Below, in pieces: positions 31,701 to 36,572 of a DNA stretch of 36,572 bases (the stretch's first letter is position 1; the number at the start of each line of letters is the position of its first letter). The notes beneath the pieces were generated by a model. It did no database searches. It was given only the letters and a program-made list of their open reading frames with translations, and had not been told where the DNA came from. Source of the DNA: Leptolyngbyaceae cyanobacterium SM1_3_5. Its GTDB lineage: Bacteria > Cyanobacteriota > Cyanobacteriia > Elainellales > Elainellaceae. The stretch covers positions 1-36,572 of the forward strand of contig JAAUTJ010000001.1 of NCBI GenBank assembly GCA_012031475.1, read 5' to 3'. A program made the translations under genes and the position numbers.

Positions 31701-33985
31701 ACTCTTCACATAAACCAGGACGCCTTCGGATGGCGGCGCTTCGCTGAGGCTGAAGGTGAACGTCGTCGTGTCGCCTGCGGCTTCGCTCAGTGCCGTGCTG
31801 CTGGTGCTGAAGCTGATGGTCGGCGTGACGGTTGCAGCCGGAACCTGATCGATCGTGTTGTAGAAAGGAACAGCAGAAGCCGCATCCTGGGAATCGATCG
31901 AGTAGCCTTCGCCCACTTCCAGGGTGAAATTCGCCACGATCGGATCGCCGGATGCGTCTGTGACATTCCGCAGCGGGAACGTAATCAGCGCATTCGGCTG
32001 ATCGATGCGGAACTTGAAGCCGATGCCTTTGCCCGTTGCGTCGTACACGCCTTCCAGGACGCGACCCCCCGGACTGAACGGCGGATTGCCCAAGTTGGCA
32101 AAGAAGTCGATCAGGGCGATGTCGCTCTTGACCGTCACCACCAAGCCGCCTTCGGGAATTTCACCTTCCACGTTCAGCGCAAAGGTGAGAACCGAAGAAC
32201 CCGCTTCGAGCGATCGCACCAGCCCTTGTGCCAGCAAATTGTCGTTGCGATCGAACGTGCCTGCGATCGTTTCCAGCGAGACAATCGGACCTGTAGGCGG
32301 CGCAACAGGATCGGTAATCGTCAGCGTCACCTGATCAGCCGCCGGATTTGCGTTGTAGGCTTCGCCATCAAGCAGATTGAAGGTTAGCGTTTCTGCGCCT
32401 TCGGTGTCGTCATCGTTGAACACATCGATCGACAGCGTGGCCGTATTTTCGGTCATCACAACGGAGAAGCCAGAGCCGTCTTCGTTGGCAGCCGGGAAGC
32501 CCGCCAGCCCGTCGATATCAAGGAGGAAATTGCCTTCCGCGTCGAACACGGCAAACTCGCCCAAGGCCACCGCCGCATCGCTGTCGACGTTGACGGACAA
32601 GCCACCAGCGGGAATTTCACCGTCCGCTGTCAGCGTGATCGTCAGCTTGTCACCCTCAACCAGTTCCGTTTTGTCTACGGAGAAGCTGACGCTGGGGCCA
32701 CCGACGTTCGGGACACCATCGGTAATCGTCGTTGTCACCGAGCTAGCAGCGGGATTCACCGTGTAGCCCGTTCCCGGCTTCAAGATCAAAGTCGAGGTGA
32801 CATCGGCTTCGGCAATGGTGTCGTCAAATGCTTTGACTTTGATGAACGCATCGGGCGAAGTCAGCTTCCAGAACACCGTCACTTCACCAGATTCGGACTC
32901 CACATAGTCGAAGAACTCAATGCCGCTCAGCAGCGAGGGGTCTTCAAACTCAAAGTTGAAGTCAAACTGCGGATCGAAGAATTCCGACGTGCCGATCACA
33001 ATCCCCTCAGCGGGGAAAGTGCCAGTCGTCTTAAAGCTGAAGGTGACGGGCGTTCCTTCTGCCTCGCTGATCGTTTCCGGTGTGGCCGTGAGGCTGACGA
33101 TCGGCGTTTCAACAGGAGCCGGAGTCGGGGTTGGCTCTGGCGTTGGAGTTGGCGTTGGAGTTGGCTCTGGCGTTGGAGCCGGAGTCGGGGTTGGCGTTGG
33201 AGTCGGGGTTGATTCAGAATCAGTGATCGTTAGCGTGATTCCACTAGCGCTAGGATCGATCGCGTAGCCGTCTCCCGGCTGCAAGGCATAGGTCAGCGTC
33301 AGCGGGCTGTCGGGCAAATCGTCATTGAAGACGGGCAGATCGATCGTGGCGACCTGCTTGGTGAGCCGCAGGGTTAAGCCGCTGGCATCTGCATTGGCTC
33401 GAATCAGTCGCGCTCCGTCAAATCGGGCGGCAAACACATCGAACTGGGCAAGCGATCGCGCCGTTTCGCTATCCAGCGTCACCACCAGCCCTTCAGCGGG
33501 CGGGGCTTGACTGAGCGTGAAGGTCAGCTTAGCAGCGGTGCCTTGCTCTTCAATCAATGCTGCGGGGACTGCGCTGATACCAACAACTTGAGCCGCAGCG
33601 GGTGCAGGCGTATCGCGGAAGGTGACGGTGCTGCTGGCGCTTGTGCCCAGTGTGTAGCCCGTTCCGGGTTGCAGCGTGTAGGTCACGGCCTGCGGTGCTT
33701 CGGTGAGGCCATCAGCAAAATTGGAGCGCGGACGGTGGCCGTTTGCGACGTGATCGTGAAGCTAAAGCCGGAAAAATCCGTGTCGCCAACGGGCGCACCG
33801 CTGCCGCCTGTGAACTCCAGCGCGAACAAGTCAAGCTGCGTCAACGACTGCGGCACGTTGCCTGCAACCGTGACGGTGATACCTTCCGGAGGTGGCGGTG
33901 CATCCAGCGTGAATCTGAATTCTAGAAACGTCCCCTCAGACTCCACGAGGGTGACAGGCGTAGCAAACAAATTAACAACGGCCAT
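28724..33985 (-). CDS. Giant (~1750 aa) acidic multi-domain surface protein: about 10 Calx-beta-like repeats, a PT linker and two PPC-like domains; frameshifts at ~33719, ~30861 and ~29763
   Basis: ORFs 33683..34057, 30750..33686, 29683..30825 and 28724..29725 join with three single-base additions. Repeated motif F(T/S)L...PP..G..V...F...(T/A)ATI.LP..ND...EG.E...FTL....GY; PPC-like EDVDFYKV...LRLFD...G.Y.V.VS occurs twice. Confidence 0.8.
33108..33210 (-). repeat. Pro-Thr linker coding repeat (TPTPTPTPAPTPEP...)
   Basis: GGAGT(C/T)GG and GGCGTT hexamer-like repeats. Confidence 0.85.
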
Positions 33986-34435
33986 ACAGCAAAATTCCTC
34001 AATCAGGTTGTGGTCAATCATTCGAGGCCAAGCCGCGATCGATCCCCTTTGCGCCAAGCGATTTTGCGCCGAGCGATCGAATGCACAGCAGGCGCGGCGT
34101 CAGCGGGGATCAATCGTTGAAGCAATCGCGGCTGATACCGCAATCGGGGCGATCGGGCAACCTCCGCTTTATCGCTGAGCAGTCATGTAGAAAACCTGGC
34201 AGCCGCAGCAGCATTCCGCTTCAGTTAACGAAGCAAAGGTAAGCAGCCGTTCGACAAGCAACACCCTCATTAGCATCAAAATTTGGACGGGCTGAGCCGA
34301 TCGCATTCATAACCAAGCATCAAAACCAGGCTTAGTCAGCAAGACCAATCTGTCTTTACCTGCGTCAGCACCAGAAATGCTGCCCGCTTAGCTTCGATCG
34401 AGTTCTTGCAGTGACAGGCGATCGAGTGAATGTTT

Positions 34436-34450
34436 TGAGAGTTTATCTCA
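34436..34450. promoter_or_regulatory. Candidate Fur-like box in the divergent giant-gene/FAAL intergenic region
   Basis: TGAGAGTTTATCTCA 7-1-7 imperfect palindrome. Confidence 0.55.
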
Positions 34451-34537
34451 GTAACGTATCTGTAGTAACAGTATCATTGGAAGCTGGCGATGAACAGGCA
34501 AAATTGTGAAGTTCTCGTGAAGAAGTACAACACCCGG

Positions 34538-34556
34538 ATCAACGGAATCCGTTGAT
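34538..34556. promoter_or_regulatory. Perfect 9-1-9 palindrome ATCAACGGA-A-TCCGTTGAT
   Basis: Read directly from the sequence; function unknown. Confidence 0.6.
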
Positions 34557-34563
34557 GCAGAAT

Positions 34564-34630
34564 TCGTGCAAAATTTGCACGATTGGAATTCGGTAACTCA
34601 CCAGGCGATTTGTGCAAAATTTGCACGATC
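34564..34630. promoter_or_regulatory. Two GTGCAAAATTTGCAC palindromes (copies 2 and 3), 46 bp apart
   Basis: 34566-34580 (extends to 9-1-9) and 34612-34626. Confidence 0.7.
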
Positions 34631-34843
34631 GCTCTCGGTTAGAAATTCAGCCAGCGAATCGCGCAGATTTTCCAGTGAGCGTTAAATGAGGTGAAGGGCG
34701 ATCGATGACATTTCGTTTCCGTCGTTCGCAAAATGCGGAAATTCGATACCATGATGAAGCAGAGATCGAAAAGCTGACCGATATCGTTGCACGGAAATGG
34801 CGATCGATTAATTTTTTGAATTGAACAGCCGTCCTTCTCTTTT

Positions 34844-34895
34844 AGGTAGAAGGGGCAGGTAGAAGGGGCAGGTAGAAGGGACAGCTAGAAGGGGC
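34844..34895. repeat. 13-bp G-rich tandem repeat AGGTAGAAGGGGC, four copies
   Basis: Units at 34844, 34857, 34870 (one mismatch) and 34883 (one mismatch). Confidence 0.9.
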
Positions 34896-34930
34896 AGAAC
34901 TATCGGGAATGCATGGATGATTTGGGCATT

Positions 34931-36572
34931 ATGGTGACAAGTTTTCTCAATACGACGCTGGTGGATCTGCTGCGCGATCGCGCCCTCAGTTCCACTGCTG
35001 GCTACACCTTCCTGACCGATGGCGAGACGCAAACCGAGCAGTTGAGCTATCGCCAACTCGACGAACAGGCACGATCGATCGCGGCTCACCTGCAAGCCTT
35101 GCGGCTTGAGGGAGAACGCGCCCTGCTGCTGTATCCGCCCGGACTGGAATTGATTGCCGCCTTCTTCGGCTGTTTGTATGCCGGAGTGATTGCCGTACCT
35201 GCCTATCCGCCGCGCCGCAATCAAAAAGCCGATCGGATTCGGGCGATCGCGCAAAATGCCCAGCCTGCCGTAGTTTTGACGGTGCGATCGCTTCAAGATG
35301 CGATCGATTTGCCCGGACGCTGCATTGCCACCGATGCGATCGCTCCAGCGGCTTCGGAGTGGCGATCGCCGGATGTTGAGGCGGATGCGATCGCCTTTTT
35401 GCAATACACATCCGGCTCGACCAGCCAGCCGAAAGGCGTTTGCATCACGCATCGAAATTTGCTGCACAACTTGAGTTTGGTTTATCAAAAGTTTGGGCAT
35501 TCGCCGCAGAGTCGATGCGTGATTTGGCTGCCGCCCTATCACGACATGGGCTTGATTGGCGGGATTTTGCAGCCGCTCTACGGCAATTTTCCCTTAACGC
35601 TGATGTCGCCTGTGGCGTTTCTGCAAAAGCCCGATCGCTGGCTGCAAGCGATTTCCCGCGATCGAGCTACGACGAGCGGCGCACCGAATTTCGCCTATGA
35701 GCGCTGCTTAAAGATTTCGCCAGAGCAGCGATCGCGCCTTGATTTGAGCAGTTGGGAAGTCGCATTTGTGGGAGCGGAGCCGATTCGGGTGGAAACGCTC
35801 GATCGATTTGCCGAAGCTTTTGCTGAGTGCGGCTTTCGGCGCGAGGCGTTCTACCCCTGCTACGGTTTGGCCGAGGCGACGCTGTTTGTTTCCGGTGGCA
35901 AAAAGTCTGATTCTCCCTCAATTTTGACTGTCGAAAAAACAGCGCTGAAGCAGCATCGGGTCGCGATCGATCCGGCTGGGGAGCGGCTGGTTAGCTGTGG
36001 ACAGGTGGTTGATCAGGTGGCGATCGTCGATCCTGAAACGCTTGTGCCTTGTGCGATCGATCGAATTGGTGAAATTTGGCTGGCAGGAACCAGCGTGGCG
36101 CAGGGCTACTGGAATCAGACCGATCCCGCTTTTGAAGCGATGCTGAACGGTCAGCCGTTTCTGCGGACGGGCGATCTCGGTTTCCTTCACAACGGCGAAC
36201 TGTTCGTGACGGGACGGCTCAAAGACATCATGATTATTCGCGGCCAAAACTACTATCCGCAAGACATCGAAGCGACGATCGCCCAAAGCCATCCTGCCCT
36301 CCAGCCGAACGCGGGCGCGGCTTTTGTGGACAGTGGCGATCGCCTCGTTGTCGTGCAGGAAGTCACGCGGGAGCAGTGGCGATCGATCGATGTGGATGCA
36401 GCGATCGCCGCTGTTCGATCGGCTGTGTCGCAACAGCATCAGCTTCAAGTGGAGGCGATTGCGCTGCTGAAACCGAATTCCATTCCCAAAACGTCGAGCG
36501 GCAAAATTCAGCGCTTTGCCTGTCGCGAAGGATTCGAGCAGGGAAAATTGGAGGCGATCGCCCAATGGCCGC
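34931..36572 (+). CDS. Fatty acyl-AMP ligase (FAAL), probable starter of an NRPS/PKS lipopeptide cluster; open to the right edge and absent from the ORF track; alternative ATG at 34913
   Basis: Manual translation gives LLLYPPGLELIAAFFGCLYAGVIAVPAYPP, FLQYTSGSTSQPKG, WLPPYHDMGLIGG, YPCYGLAEATL, LRTGDLGF, GRLKDIMIIRGQNYYPQDIE and IPKTSSGKIQR. Confidence 0.93.
   Translation, partial: MVTSFLNTTLVDLLRDRALSSTAGYTFLTDGETQTEQLSYRQLDEQARSIAAHLQALRLEGERALLLYPPGLELIAAFFGCLYAGVIAVPAYPPRRNQKADRIRAIAQNAQPAVVLTVRSLQDAIDLPGRCIATDAIAPAASEWRSPDVEADAIAFLQYTSGSTSQPKGVCITHRNLLHNLSLVYQKFGHSPQSRCVIWLPPYHDMGLIGGILQPLYGNFPLTLMSPVAFLQKPDRWLQAISRDRATTSGAPNFAYERCLKISPEQRSRLDLSSWEVAFVGAEPIRVETLDRFAEAFAECGFRREAFYPCYGLAEATLFVSGGKKSDSPSILTVEKTALKQHRVAIDPAGERLVSCGQVVDQVAIVDPETLVPCAIDRIGEIWLAGTSVAQGYWNQTDPAFEAMLNGQPFLRTGDLGFLHNGELFVTGRLKDIMIIRGQNYYPQDIEATIAQSHPALQPNAGAAFVDSGDRLVVVQEVTREQWRSIDVDAAIAAVRSAVSQQHQLQVEAIALLKPNSIPKTSSGKIQRFACREGFEQGKLEAIAQWP

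Noticed and set aside
29033-34178. Many plus-strand ORFs of 60-250 aa
   Set aside because: They are shadows of the GC-rich giant gene and show no recognisable motifs.
34538-34630. Palindromic repeats as a mini-CRISPR array
   Set aside because: Only two adjacent copies of a 15-20 bp unit, with no cas genes and no array structure; an operator is more plausible.
34808-36565. Minus-strand ORFs 34808..35542 and 35918..36565
   Set aside because: They are antisense shadows of the plus-strand FAAL.
1-36572. Abundant GCGATCGC/CGATCG as a novel repeat
   Set aside because: This is the well-known cyanobacterial HIP1.

Overview
Cyanobacterial chromosomal window; the very dense HIP1 GCGATCGC/CGATCG suggests a filamentous Leptolyngbya-like host (inference). 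The left ~3.7 kb is housekeeping (MFS, recO, deoC, Mn-catalase). Next is an IS630/IS4 scar that has decapitated both of its neighbours. The remaining ~30 kb looks like an iron/siderophore island: a fecE remnant, devBCA-type exporter, MFS pumps, AraC regulator, AMIN-TonB-dependent receptor, sucrase/ferredoxin-like protein, two YddA-like ABC half-transporters, tonB and exbBD. It also holds a ~1750-aa multi-domain surface protein, two small RTX-tailed paralogues of its first two domains, and the first gene (a fatty acyl-AMP ligase) of a probable lipopeptide NRPS/PKS cluster running off the right edge. About 20 single-base frameshifts, in homopolymers or next to HIP1, look like long-read errors, so genes were reconstructed across them. 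Two observations stand out. (1) A perfect palindrome GTGCAAAATTTGCAC occurs three times in island promoters and nearly matches the DNA encoding the ERANLAQI segment of the island's own DUF3102 protein. (2) The giant surface protein has matching small, probably type I-secreted single-domain versions.
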